From the NCBI GenBank assembly GCA_003159495.1, contig PLPI01000054.1:8409-72408 (forward strand): 64,000 nt of DNA, in the 5' to 3' direction. The notes under the pieces are model-generated. The model did not search any database, was not told where the DNA came from, and saw nothing but the letters and a program-made list of their open reading frames with translations. The DNA comes from a candidate division FCPU426 bacterium (GTDB lineage: Bacteria; Oederibacteriota; PGYV01; Palsa-1178). The position numbers and the translations under genes were made by a program. This document shows positions 26,331 through 36,381 of the stretch, in pieces (position 1 is the first letter of the stretch; each line of letters begins with the position of its first letter).

Positions 26331-28445
26331 TTGGCGAACGACAAACATGACATTAACAGCAGGATAGAGATTATATATTTTGCGTTTACCGCGGTTTTTG
26401 TCGTTTTTGCGTTCCAGCTGGTAATACTGCAGGTGTTCCAGTACGGAAAATTCAGGGACCTGGCGCAGAAACAGCACCTTGAGACCGTGAAGCAGCAGAT
26501 TGGACGCGGTTCGATATTTACGGCCGACGGGAAAAAGCTGGCCATGTCAATCAAGGCATATTCCGTCTGCGCAAACCCGGGCGAGATAAAAAACAGGGCG
26601 GCCGTCGCGGATTATCTTTCAAAAAAGCTCGGCATAAGCAGGGCCGAAATATTTTCAAAGCTTAACACAAAAAAAGCATTTGTTTATATAGACAGAAAGG
26701 TGGATATAGACAAAGCGACATCGATATTTGACAGGGATATACCCGGCGTCTTTCCGCTTGTGGAGGAAAAACGCTACTATCCGCTCCAGGAAAACGGGGC
26801 AAATTTGGTGGGGTTTACCGGAATAGACGGCAACGGCCTTGAGGGGCTTGAAGGGTCCTTCGAAAAGTATTTACGCGGGAAGGTCGGGTTCATGCTGGTC
26901 AAACGCGATGTCAAGGGGCGCCCCATAATGACGGACACCGTGCAGGTAAAAAAAGCGGAAGCCGGCGGAGATCTTTATCTTACGATAGATTCAAACATAC
27001 AGTATTACGCACAGCAGGAACTCAAGACCGCGGTTGAGAAATACAAAGGCAAAACAGGCATGCTGGTGTCGCTGAATCCCAATACGGGCGCAATTTACGC
27101 GATGGCAAACTATCCGACTTTTAACCCGAATGATTTTAACAGGTACCCGGCGGAACTCAGAAAGAACAGGACCGTGACCGACGTTTTTGAACCGGGCTCG
27201 ACTTTCAAAATATTCACAATGGCGGCGATATTAAAGGACAGGCCGGCCGCATACAATGACAGGGTTTTTTGCGGAAACGGAAAAATGGCATTCGGCGACA
27301 GATGGGTGCATGACAATGAAAAACACGGATGGCTAACAGTACCCGATGTTATAAAATTTTCATCCAATATCGGCATGGTGGAGCTTGCCATGAAGCTCAG
27401 CAGGGACAGGCTTTATGATGAATATTCGGCTTTTGGATTCGGCAGGGAAACCGGTTCGGACCTTCCGGGAGAAGTAGGCGGAATTCTCCGCCCGGTTTCC
27501 CAGTGGGACGACTCGACAATGTCATCGATCCCTTACGGCCAGGAAGTGGCGGTAACGGCGGTACAGCTCGCGCGCGCTTATGCGGCTGTCGCAAACGGCG
27601 GATATTTGATAACCCCGTATATAGTTGACAGGGTGGTAAAGAACGGCTCGGTGGTGTACACGCACCCGCAGCCGCAGAAAGTAAAAATACTGGATGACGC
27701 GACCAGGGAGAAACTTATAAAAATGCTTGAAATGGTTGTTGAAAAGGACGGGACCGGAAAGAAAGCCGCTATGGCCGGCTACCAGGTTGCCGGAAAAACA
27801 GGGACGGCGCAAAAGCACAATCCAAACGGAAAGGGCTATGCTACGAATAAATACGTGTGTTCATTTATAGGATTTGTCCCCGCGGAAGATCCGCAAATAC
27901 TGACACTTGTCGTTGTAAACGAACCGGCTGCCATCTGGGCATTCGGAGGCGATGTGGCGGCGCCGGCCTTTAAAAATCTTTCGGGCGACATGATATCATA
28001 CCTTCACGTGGCCCCCGTCACCGGGGCGAAAACTTCGCCGCAGAACGCGGCCGCGGAAACAACGGTGAAAATGACTGATTTTTATATGAAACAGTTTACC
28101 GAGGCAAAGAGGGCGCTTTCGGCTGCATCGATAAAACTTGAAAAAATCGGCTACGGAAAAACAATCATAATGCAGAAACCCGCCGCAAATACTGAAATGA
28201 AAACGGGCGATACGGCGGTTGTATACCTGGCCGATACGGACGCAAAAGAAGGGCTGCGCATTTATATGCCGGACCTTAAAGGGTTGACCATAAGGAACGC
28301 CATAGAAATATTAAAGGTTTACGGGCTGAATGTAAAATGCGTAGGCAGCGGCACTGCCGTATCCCAGCAGCCAAACCCCGGTGTTGCGGTAAAAAAGGGA
28401 TCCGAATGCACGGTCAGCTTTGAACTTCAGGGGCGCCCGTTATGA
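26331..28445 (+). CDS. ftsI: Peptidoglycan D,D-transpeptidase FtsI (class B PBP) with two C-terminal PASTA domains
   Basis: STFK active-site serine motif (GSTFKIFT), SSN, KTGT. The last ~130 aa form two PASTA-like repeats. Confidence 0.85.
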   Translation: MANDKHDINSRIEIIYFAFTAVFVVFAFQLVILQVFQYGKFRDLAQKQHLETVKQQIGRGSIFTADGKKLAMSIKAYSVCANPGEIKNRAAVADYLSKKLGISRAEIFSKLNTKKAFVYIDRKVDIDKATSIFDRDIPGVFPLVEEKRYYPLQENGANLVGFTGIDGNGLEGLEGSFEKYLRGKVGFMLVKRDVKGRPIMTDTVQVKKAEAGGDLYLTIDSNIQYYAQQELKTAVEKYKGKTGMLVSLNPNTGAIYAMANYPTFNPNDFNRYPAELRKNRTVTDVFEPGSTFKIFTMAAILKDRPAAYNDRVFCGNGKMAFGDRWVHDNEKHGWLTVPDVIKFSSNIGMVELAMKLSRDRLYDEYSAFGFGRETGSDLPGEVGGILRPVSQWDDSTMSSIPYGQEVAVTAVQLARAYAAVANGGYLITPYIVDRVVKNGSVVYTHPQPQKVKILDDATREKLIKMLEMVVEKDGTGKKAAMAGYQVAGKTGTAQKHNPNGKGYATNKYVCSFIGFVPAEDPQILTLVVVNEPAAIWAFGGDVAAPAFKNLSGDMISYLHVAPVTGAKTSPQNAAAETTVKMTDFYMKQFTEAKRALSAASIKLEKIGYGKTIIMQKPAANTEMKTGDTAVVYLADTDAKEGLRIYMPDLKGLTIRNAIEILKVYGLNVKCVGSGTAVSQQPNPGVAVKKGSECTVSFELQGRPL

Positions 28446-31384
28446 AAAAAATGAACTTGAAAACCCTGCTTGGAAACTCCGGCTCATATACCGTTTTGCA
28501 GGGGGCCGCGGATATGGATATAACGGATATCGCCGAATCGGCTTCCACGGCGAAAAATGGATCCGTGTTTTTCTGCGTCCGGGGGATAAAAAAAGACGGA
28601 CATGATTTCATTCCGGAAGCGGTAAAAAACGGGGTATCCGCCATAATAGTTGAAAATGACGTAAGGGTAAAAGAAGGCACGGCGGTCATCAGGGTAAAAA
28701 ACGCCAGGGAAGCCATGTTTTACGCGGCTGACAAATTTTACGCCGGTGAAAAGAAAAAAGTCAGTGTGATTGCGATAACAGGGACAAAGGGAAAGACCAC
28801 GGTATCGTATCTTATAGATGCGCTATTAAAGCAACAGACGGGCCGGGAAAACGCCGTGGTAGGAACCATAGGATACAGGATAGGAAAAAAACATTATCCC
28901 GCCGGCAATACCACGCCTTCAAATATAAAGGTTCATAAGCTTATAGCCATGGCCGCGCGCGCCGGGATAAAATATTTTATCATTGAGGCGTCCTCGGAGG
29001 CGCTTGACCAGGGCAGGCTGAGGAATATTGATGTGGATTCCGTTGTGGTTACGAACGTCACCAGGGATCATTTTGATTACCATAAAAATTTCGCCAATTA
29101 TCTGAAGGCAAAAATGATCGTGATATCGAACATGAAAAAGGGCGGAAGGTTTGTCGTCAATATCGACTCGAAAGGCAGCAGGGAAATGGTTGCCGGGGCG
29201 CGGGCGAAAACCGCGGACATTATTACATGCTCGACTAAAAAAAAGGCCGGCATAAGGCTCCTGAAATATTCGCTGGATATCAAAGGCACGGATTTTACGC
29301 TGGATGTAAAGGGAAAGAAGATGGAAATATCGACGGAACTTGTGGGCATGCATAATATTTACAACATTATGTCGGCTATAGGCGCGGTTAAGGGGATAGT
29401 ATCCGGGAATAATATGATAAAAGCACTGGCTGATTTCAAAACTGTCGACGGCAGGCTTGACAGGGCATACAGCGGGGAATTTGACGTTATTGTGGATTAT
29501 GCGCATACGCCTGATTCGATGGAAAAAACACTGACTGCGCTCAACGCCCTGAAAAAGGGGCGGGTTATAACGGTCTTCGGAGCCGGCGGCAACAAGGACC
29601 GTGGAAAAAGGCCGTTGATGGGGGCCATCGCGGAAAAGCTCAGTGACGAGGTCATCGTGACATCCGATAACCCGCGCTACGAGGAACCCGGAAAAATAAT
29701 AGCTGACATTATGAATGGCGTCAGGCGGAAAAAAGATATCATGATAGTTCCCGACAGGAGGCTGGCCATTGCCGCCGCCGTAAAGAAAGCAGTTAAGGAC
29801 GATATTGTGCTCATAGCCGGAAAGGGCCATGAAACCTACCAGGAAATAAAGGGAAAAAGGCACCCGTTCGAGGACAAGAAGGTTGCACTTGAAATGATAA
29901 AAAAACACAGGGGCGTAAAAAAAATATATTTATCCGGGTTATTAAAAAACATGAATTACAGCTTGCTTTCGGGGGGCACGGAAATTGAAATAAAAGGCGT
30001 CGAAGATAATTCATGGAGGGTTAAAAAGGGATTTCTTTTTATAGCTGTAAAGGGATTTTCCCATGACGGCCATGATTATATCGCCGAAGCCGTAAAACGC
30101 GGAGCGGCCGCCGTGCTGGTTGAAAAAAAAGTCAGGGTGCGCGGCGCGGCTGTGATAAAGGTTAAAAATACCAGGGAAGCGCTGTTTGAGATTACGGACA
30201 GGTTTTTCAGCGGCACGAAGGGAAAAATAAAAATAATAGGCGTTACCGGGACAAACGGGAAAACCACGGCGGTTTACATGACGGACGGCATACTAAGGGC
30301 TGAATACGGCGGGAAGAACGCCGTTGCCGGAACCATAGAATACAAGGTCGGAAAAAACTATTATCCGTCCATTAACACAACGCCGTCGAACGTGATCCTT
30401 CACAGGCTCATAGAAGAGGCCGTGGGGAAAAAGTTGAAATATTTTATAATGGAAGTTTCCTCGCACGCGCTGGACCAGGACAGGATAAAGAATATCGAAC
30501 TTGATACCGCCGTTGTTACCAATGTAACGCGGGATCATTTTGATTACCATAAAAATTTCAGGAATTACCTCGCGGCAAAACTGAAAATAGTTGATGCGAT
30601 GCGGGAGGGCGGAAGGCTTGTCATAAATCTTGACGATGCCAGCTCCGGGAAATTCATCGCCGCCGCAAAAAAACGCCGGCTGAAAATACTGACATATTCC
30701 CTGAATAAAAAAAGGGCTGATATAAAGCCGGTCTCTTACAGCCTCGATATTAACGGCGTTACCGCGGAACTAGACATAAAGGGCAGCAGGGAAACGATAA
30801 GATGCAACCTTCCGGGCATTCATAATCTTTACAATATGATGTCAGCCGTTGGAGCGTGCCTCAACGAAGCCAGGATAAAATCGATAAAAAGAGGCATTGA
30901 AAACCTGAAAAGCGTGAACGGCAGGACCGAGATGGTTTATGACGGAAATTTTAAGGTGATGGTGGATTACGCGCACACGCCTGACGCGCTTGAACAGGTC
31001 CTTTCAACGCTTGCAAAGGTGAAAAAGGGAAGGCTCATAACCGTATTCGGGGCGCCGGGCAACAGGGACAGGGGCAAGAGGCCCCTTATGGGAAAAGTGG
31101 CCGAAAAACTCAGCGATACAGTGATAATAACTTCGGATAACACTGAAAATGAAAAACCAATGGACATAATAAACGAGGTTCTCGGAGGAGTCAGAAATCC
31201 CGGAAAGGCCGTAGTGGAGCCGGACAGAAGAAAAGCGATAAGGCTCGCAATAGGCGGGGCAAAACCCGGGGATGTGGTGCTCATCGCGGGCAAGGGCCAT
31301 GAAAAGTACCAGGACATTATGGGCAAAAAGTCAGCGTTCGAGGATAAAAACGAGGCGTTAAAAGCGCTGAAAGCGGCAAAATGA
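28442..31384 (+). CDS. murE: Tandem-fused double Mur ligase: two complete MurE-like modules in one 980-aa ORF
   Basis: Module 1 (aa 1-~500): P-loop GTKGKTT, DYAHTPD, GNKDRGKR, DNPR (meso-DAP-type). Module 2 (aa ~504-980, begins at an internal Met at nt 29951): P-loop GTNGKTT, DYAHTPD, GNRDRGKR, but DNTE in place of DNPR. No stop codon between the modules. Confidence 0.85.
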   Translation: MKKMNLKTLLGNSGSYTVLQGAADMDITDIAESASTAKNGSVFFCVRGIKKDGHDFIPEAVKNGVSAIIVENDVRVKEGTAVIRVKNAREAMFYAADKFYAGEKKKVSVIAITGTKGKTTVSYLIDALLKQQTGRENAVVGTIGYRIGKKHYPAGNTTPSNIKVHKLIAMAARAGIKYFIIEASSEALDQGRLRNIDVDSVVVTNVTRDHFDYHKNFANYLKAKMIVISNMKKGGRFVVNIDSKGSREMVAGARAKTADIITCSTKKKAGIRLLKYSLDIKGTDFTLDVKGKKMEISTELVGMHNIYNIMSAIGAVKGIVSGNNMIKALADFKTVDGRLDRAYSGEFDVIVDYAHTPDSMEKTLTALNALKKGRVITVFGAGGNKDRGKRPLMGAIAEKLSDEVIVTSDNPRYEEPGKIIADIMNGVRRKKDIMIVPDRRLAIAAAVKKAVKDDIVLIAGKGHETYQEIKGKRHPFEDKKVALEMIKKHRGVKKIYLSGLLKNMNYSLLSGGTEIEIKGVEDNSWRVKKGFLFIAVKGFSHDGHDYIAEAVKRGAAAVLVEKKVRVRGAAVIKVKNTREALFEITDRFFSGTKGKIKIIGVTGTNGKTTAVYMTDGILRAEYGGKNAVAGTIEYKVGKNYYPSINTTPSNVILHRLIEEAVGKKLKYFIMEVSSHALDQDRIKNIELDTAVVTNVTRDHFDYHKNFRNYLAAKLKIVDAMREGGRLVINLDDASSGKFIAAAKKRRLKILTYSLNKKRADIKPVSYSLDINGVTAELDIKGSRETIRCNLPGIHNLYNMMSAVGACLNEARIKSIKRGIENLKSVNGRTEMVYDGNFKVMVDYAHTPDALEQVLSTLAKVKKGRLITVFGAPGNRDRGKRPLMGKVAEKLSDTVIITSDNTENEKPMDIINEVLGGVRNPGKAVVEPDRRKAIRLAIGGAKPGDVVLIAGKGHEKYQDIMGKKSAFEDKNEALKALKAAK

Positions 31385-32730
31385 AAATTAATTTAAGCGA
31401 AATTTACAGGGTGTTTAACACAGGTTTTGAGGGCAGGGACGTGAGCGTTCCCGACATATGCACGGATACACGCACCCTTAAAAAAGGGGATGTATTTTTC
31501 GCCCTTATCGGAGACACCGACGGCCACAGGTATGCCGCCCAGGCTTTTTACAACGGAGCTTCGGCGATCATTGTTGAAAAATATGCCGAAGGCGTTGAAA
31601 CGGCAAAACAGATAAAGGTAAAGGACACGACGCGGGCGCTGCTGACGCTGGCCGCATATTATTACAAAAAATTCGGGAAATTAAAATGCGCGGCCGTCAC
31701 GGGAAGCAACGGCAAGACGACAACCAAGGAACTGCTTGCGGCGATGCTGTCCGAAAAGTACGAAACGCTTAAAAGCGAAAAAAGCTTTAATAACGCGATA
31801 GGGCTCCCGCGCACTGTTTTTAAGCTCAAGGATAAGTTCGACGCGGCTGTTTTTGAAATCGGGATGAACCATGCGGGCGAGATTAAAAATCTGGTTTCAG
31901 CCATCAGCCCGCGGGTGTCAATAATTACCAATGTTGGAAGGGCCCATATCGCTTTTTTCAGGGACGGCCTGAAGGGCATAGCAAAGGCCAAGGCCGAAAT
32001 TATGACGGGGATGGAGCCGGGCGGGGTTGTCGTGATAAACGCCGACGATGACTTTGCGGGTTTTATGGAACGGGAAGCCGCAAAAAGGAAGTTAAATACC
32101 GTGACTTTCGGGATAAAAAACAAGGCCGATGTAAGGGCCGTGGATATTGTAACCGCGGCTGACGGGACGTACTTTAAGGTTAACTGCCTTAAAGAAAGGT
32201 TTTTTACCGGGCTAAAAGGCGGGTATAACATTTACAACGCTGCAGCGGCGGTCGCTGCGGCCATGGCCTTCAAAGTGCCGGGAAAGTCCATAAAAAATGC
32301 GCTGGCCGGATTTAAGATGGAAGGGTTCATGAGGTTTGAAAAGGTCAGGCTGAAAAATTCGGTGCTGCTGATAAATGACTGTTATAACGCAAACCCGGAT
32401 TCTTTTTCCGCCTCCATAGAGGCGTTGAAAAAAGAGGGGTATAAATCTGTGGTGGCGGTCATGGGCGACATGCTTGAACTGGGTAAAAGCTCGGCCGCAA
32501 TGCACATTGAGATAGGAAAAAAGTTCAGGGAAATTCCGCTGAAAAACTTTTTTGTTTACGGCAAATACTCCGGACAGGTAAAAAAAGGATACGGGGAAAA
32601 AGCGCGCGTTTACACCGACAGGGAAAAACTGTCACGCGTCCTTAAGCAGGCGGTGGAGAAGGGCGATACTGTTTTTGTAAAAGGCTCCAGGGGAAACAAA
32701 CTTGAGGAAATTGTGGAAGTATTAAAATAA
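31381..32730 (+). CDS. murF: UDP-N-acetylmuramoyl-tripeptide--D-alanyl-D-alanine ligase
   Basis: MurF-type N-terminus, P-loop GSNGKTT, position in the dcw cluster. Confidence 0.85.
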   Translation: MKINLSEIYRVFNTGFEGRDVSVPDICTDTRTLKKGDVFFALIGDTDGHRYAAQAFYNGASAIIVEKYAEGVETAKQIKVKDTTRALLTLAAYYYKKFGKLKCAAVTGSNGKTTTKELLAAMLSEKYETLKSEKSFNNAIGLPRTVFKLKDKFDAAVFEIGMNHAGEIKNLVSAISPRVSIITNVGRAHIAFFRDGLKGIAKAKAEIMTGMEPGGVVVINADDDFAGFMEREAAKRKLNTVTFGIKNKADVRAVDIVTAADGTYFKVNCLKERFFTGLKGGYNIYNAAAAVAAAMAFKVPGKSIKNALAGFKMEGFMRFEKVRLKNSVLLINDCYNANPDSFSASIEALKKEGYKSVVAVMGDMLELGKSSAAMHIEIGKKFREIPLKNFFVYGKYSGQVKKGYGEKARVYTDREKLSRVLKQAVEKGDTVFVKGSRGNKLEEIVEVLK

Positions 32731-32827
32731 AAGAGGCACTGTCGGATCAGGTATTGTGGCAGGGATTTTCCTACAGTACCAAAAGAAGCGGCAAGAGCAA
32801 TAAATTTTATAAATGAGGTGCCATGGA

Positions 32828-33913
32828 ATGTTTTATCATTTGGTTTATCCGCTTCACGTATACCTGTCGTTTTTAAATGTATTCAGGTATATAACGGTAC
32901 GCGCGGCGTTCGCCGCAATAACCGCTTTTACAATAAGCATTTTTATAGGCAAGCCTGTAATAGCGTGGCTTAAAAAATTGTCGGTAACCCAGGTAATAAG
33001 GGAAGAAGGGCCCAAAGAGCACCTTAAAAAGAAAGGCACCCCGACAATGGGCGGCCTCATAATGCTTGCGTCGTTTTTTATCTCAATGGGGCTCTGGGGA
33101 AGATATGACAACAGTTATACATACATACTGCTTTTTGCGGCATTTTGGTTCGCGCTCATAGGCTTTCTCGATGATTTTTTGAAGCTGAAGATAGGGACGA
33201 AGGGGCTCGCGGGGGAATGGAAGCTTTTGATGCAGTTTGCCGGTGCGTTCGTGATAGTGGCCATGTACCTGACTTACGAGGATCCGTCGTTTTTATACAA
33301 GACTTATCTCAATCTGCCGTTCTTTAAAAATCCGGTTAACCTTCCGGTATGGCTCTATGTTGTGTTTGCCATGCTCATAATCGCGGGATGGTCAAACGCC
33401 GTGAATTTTACCGACGGAATGGACGGGCTGGCGTCCGGGCTTTCCCTTTTTGTATTCGGGACCTTTGTAGTTATGTCGTATATAATAGGCAACGTTAAAA
33501 TAAGCGATTACCTGTTTTTGATGTACGTGGCGAAGGCGTCGGAAGTAACCGTTGTGTGCGCCGCTTTTACCGGATCGCTTCTCGGATTTTTGTGGTTTAA
33601 CGCGTACCCTGCCGAGGTTTTCATGGGAGATATAGGCGCGCTCATGCTTGGCGGAGTTATTGGGACAATTGCCGTGCTGATAAAGCAGGAACTGCTGCTG
33701 CTTATAGTGGGGGCGATATTTGTGGCCGAGGTGGCTTCCGTAATACTGCAGGTGGGTTCATTCAAGCTTACCGGGAAAAGGATATTCAAGATGGCGCCGC
33801 TGCATCATCATTTTCAGTTAAAAGGTGTGGCGGAGCCCAAGCTTATAATAAGGTTCTGGATAATTGCTGTTATCGTCCTGTTGTTTACATTGAGCACGCT
33901 GAAGCTGAGGTGA
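32828..33913 (+). CDS. mraY: Phospho-N-acetylmuramoyl-pentapeptide transferase
   Basis: Polytopic membrane protein with MraY motifs (NAVNFTDGMDGLA). RBS GAGGTG 7 nt upstream of ATG 32828; the longer ORF from 32813 is less likely. Confidence 0.9.
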   Translation: MFYHLVYPLHVYLSFLNVFRYITVRAAFAAITAFTISIFIGKPVIAWLKKLSVTQVIREEGPKEHLKKKGTPTMGGLIMLASFFISMGLWGRYDNSYTYILLFAAFWFALIGFLDDFLKLKIGTKGLAGEWKLLMQFAGAFVIVAMYLTYEDPSFLYKTYLNLPFFKNPVNLPVWLYVVFAMLIIAGWSNAVNFTDGMDGLASGLSLFVFGTFVVMSYIIGNVKISDYLFLMYVAKASEVTVVCAAFTGSLLGFLWFNAYPAEVFMGDIGALMLGGVIGTIAVLIKQELLLLIVGAIFVAEVASVILQVGSFKLTGKRIFKMAPLHHHFQLKGVAEPKLIIRFWIIAVIVLLFTLSTLKLR

Positions 33914-33916
33914 CGA

Positions 33917-35275
33917 ATGATTGAACTTGATGGAAAAACCGTACTTGTAATTGGCGCCGGGAAAAGCGGCGTCTCCGCCGCCAGGTTCCTGCTGGCAAGG
34001 GGCGTAAAGAGGATAATTTTAAGCGACACCAAACCCAGGGCAAAATTTGACGCGGAAGCGCTGGAGCTTGAGAAAAAAGGTGTTGAAATAGAGGCGGAGG
34101 CGCACCGGGATTCGTCATTTCTCGAGGCCGACATAATCATCCTGAGCCCGGGCGTGCCCATACAGGAAAAATGGCGCGAAGTGTCAAATAAGTACAACAA
34201 ACTGCTTGTGGGAGACGTTGAATTTGCGTCGCAGTTTACAAAGGCGAAAATAGTGGCGATAACAGGCACAAACGGCAAGACCACGGTTACGACCCTCATG
34301 TATGAAATAATGAAAGCGCAGCTGGGCGAAAAGGTCGCTCTGGCCGGAAATATCGGGATACCGTTCTGCGACATATTAAGGGAGGAGAAAGACCCTGAAT
34401 ATATAGTCATAGAGGTCTCAAGCTTCCAGCTTGAGGCAATAAGGGATTTTAAGCCCGAAGTCGCGGTGATACTCAACGTTACGGATGACCACCTTGACAG
34501 GTACAGGACCATCCAGGAATACGCCGAGGCCAAGGCGAATATTTTCAGGAACCAGGGGCCGGACGAACACCTGATACTTAACATGGAGGACAAATTTACA
34601 AGCATAATGACCTCCATGGCAAAATCGCAGAAACATTATTTCAGCGCGTACAGGCCTTTTGATACGGGCTATTATTTTGACGGAAAAAGTTTCATCAAAA
34701 GCGACGGCGATACAAAAGAAGTATTGTTTCCGGCGGATTCTATAAAACTTATCGGGCGGCATAATTATGAAAATGTGCTGGCGTGCATCATGGCCTCGGA
34801 TATTTTAAAACTTGACAGGGCCGCCGCAATAAAAACAATACAGGATTTTTCCGGGCTCCGCCACAGGATAGAATTTGTCGGAGAGGTAAACGGCGTCAGA
34901 TGTTATGACGATTCAAAGGGGACAAATGTTGACGCGGTATTAAAGGCTCTGGACACTTTTTCGGAGGACATGGCGCTTATACTGGGCGGCAGGGAAAAAG
35001 GAACCGATTTTACCCCCATACTCAACGCGCTTAAACCGGGAGTAAGGGCGGTAATTGCCCTGGGAGAGAACAGGGAAAAGATAAAATCAATATTTTCGCC
35101 AAAGGTCACGGTTCTGGAGGCTGCCTCAATGGAAGAGGCGGTCAACCTGGGGCTCAATGTGGGCGGCATAAAGGTGCTTTTGCTTTCTCCGGCATGCGCC
35201 TCATTTGATCTTTTCAAAAATTACGCCCACAGGGGCGATGAATTTAAAAAATTTGTGCAAAAGGCGGCTGCGTAA
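33917..35275 (+). CDS. murD: UDP-N-acetylmuramoylalanine--D-glutamate ligase
   Basis: N-terminal Rossmann motif GAGKSGVSAARFL, P-loop GTNGKTT. Confidence 0.9.
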   Translation: MIELDGKTVLVIGAGKSGVSAARFLLARGVKRIILSDTKPRAKFDAEALELEKKGVEIEAEAHRDSSFLEADIIILSPGVPIQEKWREVSNKYNKLLVGDVEFASQFTKAKIVAITGTNGKTTVTTLMYEIMKAQLGEKVALAGNIGIPFCDILREEKDPEYIVIEVSSFQLEAIRDFKPEVAVILNVTDDHLDRYRTIQEYAEAKANIFRNQGPDEHLILNMEDKFTSIMTSMAKSQKHYFSAYRPFDTGYYFDGKSFIKSDGDTKEVLFPADSIKLIGRHNYENVLACIMASDILKLDRAAAIKTIQDFSGLRHRIEFVGEVNGVRCYDDSKGTNVDAVLKALDTFSEDMALILGGREKGTDFTPILNALKPGVRAVIALGENREKIKSIFSPKVTVLEAASMEEAVNLGLNVGGIKVLLLSPACASFDLFKNYAHRGDEFKKFVQKAAA

Positions 35276-35277
35276 AG

Positions 35278-36381
35278 ATGGCGTCAAAATCCAGGCCGGG
35301 AGTCGACTACATGCTGTTTATAACATGCGTAATGCTTATGCTTTTTGGCATACTCATGGTTTATGACGCAAGCTCTGCTTTCGCCAGTGAAACCACGGGA
35401 GACTCGGCCTATTTTTTTAAAAGGCAGGTGGTATGGGCGGTGCTGGGCATAATAACGGGATTTTATTTTTACACCAGGGATGACCGCCAGCTGGATAAAA
35501 TGATAGTGCCTGGAATAATAGTTGCGATAGTCCTTTTGTTCGCCGTGCATGTGCCCGGGCTGGGGCGCAGGGTGGGCGGGGCAAAAAGATGGCTCCGTCT
35601 AGGGCCGTTTTCATTCCAGCCGTTCGAGCTGGCCAAGATATTTTATGTTCTTTATATGTCCAAGCTTTTTACAGACGATAACAGCCCTCTTATGAAGAAG
35701 ATAACGCGTTCCGCCATGGTGACGGCAATAGTGGCGCTCGGGCTTATTTTTCAGAAGGACCTCGGAGGCACTGCCATCATAATGTTGCTATATTTTGCGA
35801 TGCTTCTGATGGCGGGCGTGCCTGTGTGGTTCTTTGGAGGAGCCCTGGCTGCAGCCGTGGGCCTGGTGGTACTGCTCATAAAAGTCGAACCTTACAGGAT
35901 GCAGAGGATGCTGGCTTTTACGGACCCGTGGAAGGATTTTTACGGTTCCGGATGGCAGGTTGCGCAGTCGCTCATATCGGTCGGTTCGGGAGGGATACTC
36001 GGCGTCGGATTTTCCAACAGCCAGCAGAAATTCCTTTATCTGCCCACGCCCCATACGGATTATATATTTTCGATAATCGGGGAGGAACTCGGGTTATGGG
36101 GGGCGATTCTGGTGATATTCGGGTTTTTTATGATATTATCCCGCGGTATTTTTATCGCCATTAACTCAAAGGACAAATTTTACAAATTCATGGCCGTGGG
36201 ATTGACGCTTGCGATAACATCCCAGGCGGTGATAAATATAGGGGTCGCGATCGGCATTATGCCGTCAAAAGGGACCACACTGCCGTTTATAAGCGCGGGA
36301 GGCTCGTCGCTGCTTATTACATGCATTGCCGCGGCATTGCTCCTTTCCGCATCGCGCAAGGCTTACGGCGGAAATAATTGA
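35278..36381 (+). CDS. ftsW: SEDS-family peptidoglycan glycosyltransferase FtsW
   Basis: Ten-TM SEDS protein (FtsW/RodA family) between murD and murG. Confidence 0.85.
   Translation: MASKSRPGVDYMLFITCVMLMLFGILMVYDASSAFASETTGDSAYFFKRQVVWAVLGIITGFYFYTRDDRQLDKMIVPGIIVAIVLLFAVHVPGLGRRVGGAKRWLRLGPFSFQPFELAKIFYVLYMSKLFTDDNSPLMKKITRSAMVTAIVALGLIFQKDLGGTAIIMLLYFAMLLMAGVPVWFFGGALAAAVGLVVLLIKVEPYRMQRMLAFTDPWKDFYGSGWQVAQSLISVGSGGILGVGFSNSQQKFLYLPTPHTDYIFSIIGEELGLWGAILVIFGFFMILSRGIFIAINSKDKFYKFMAVGLTLAITSQAVINIGVAIGIMPSKGTTLPFISAGGSSLLITCIAAALLLSASRKAYGGNN

Noticed and set aside
28442-31384. Possibility that the double MurE is two genes merged by a sequencing frameshift
   Set aside because: Both modules are in the same frame with no stop for 2.9 kb, and the junction (…KKHRGVKKIYLSGLLKNMNYS…) reads cleanly. 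Kept as a real fusion, flagged for read-level verification.
33814-34617. 267-aa minus-strand ORF inside murD (similar antisense ORFs at 36419-37213 in murG, 43301-44146 in ftsZ/amiC and 41220-41837 in ftsA)
   Set aside because: Antisense shadows of strongly supported, motif-bearing dcw genes; Ser/Pro/Ala-rich low-complexity translations typical of GC-skewed antisense frames.
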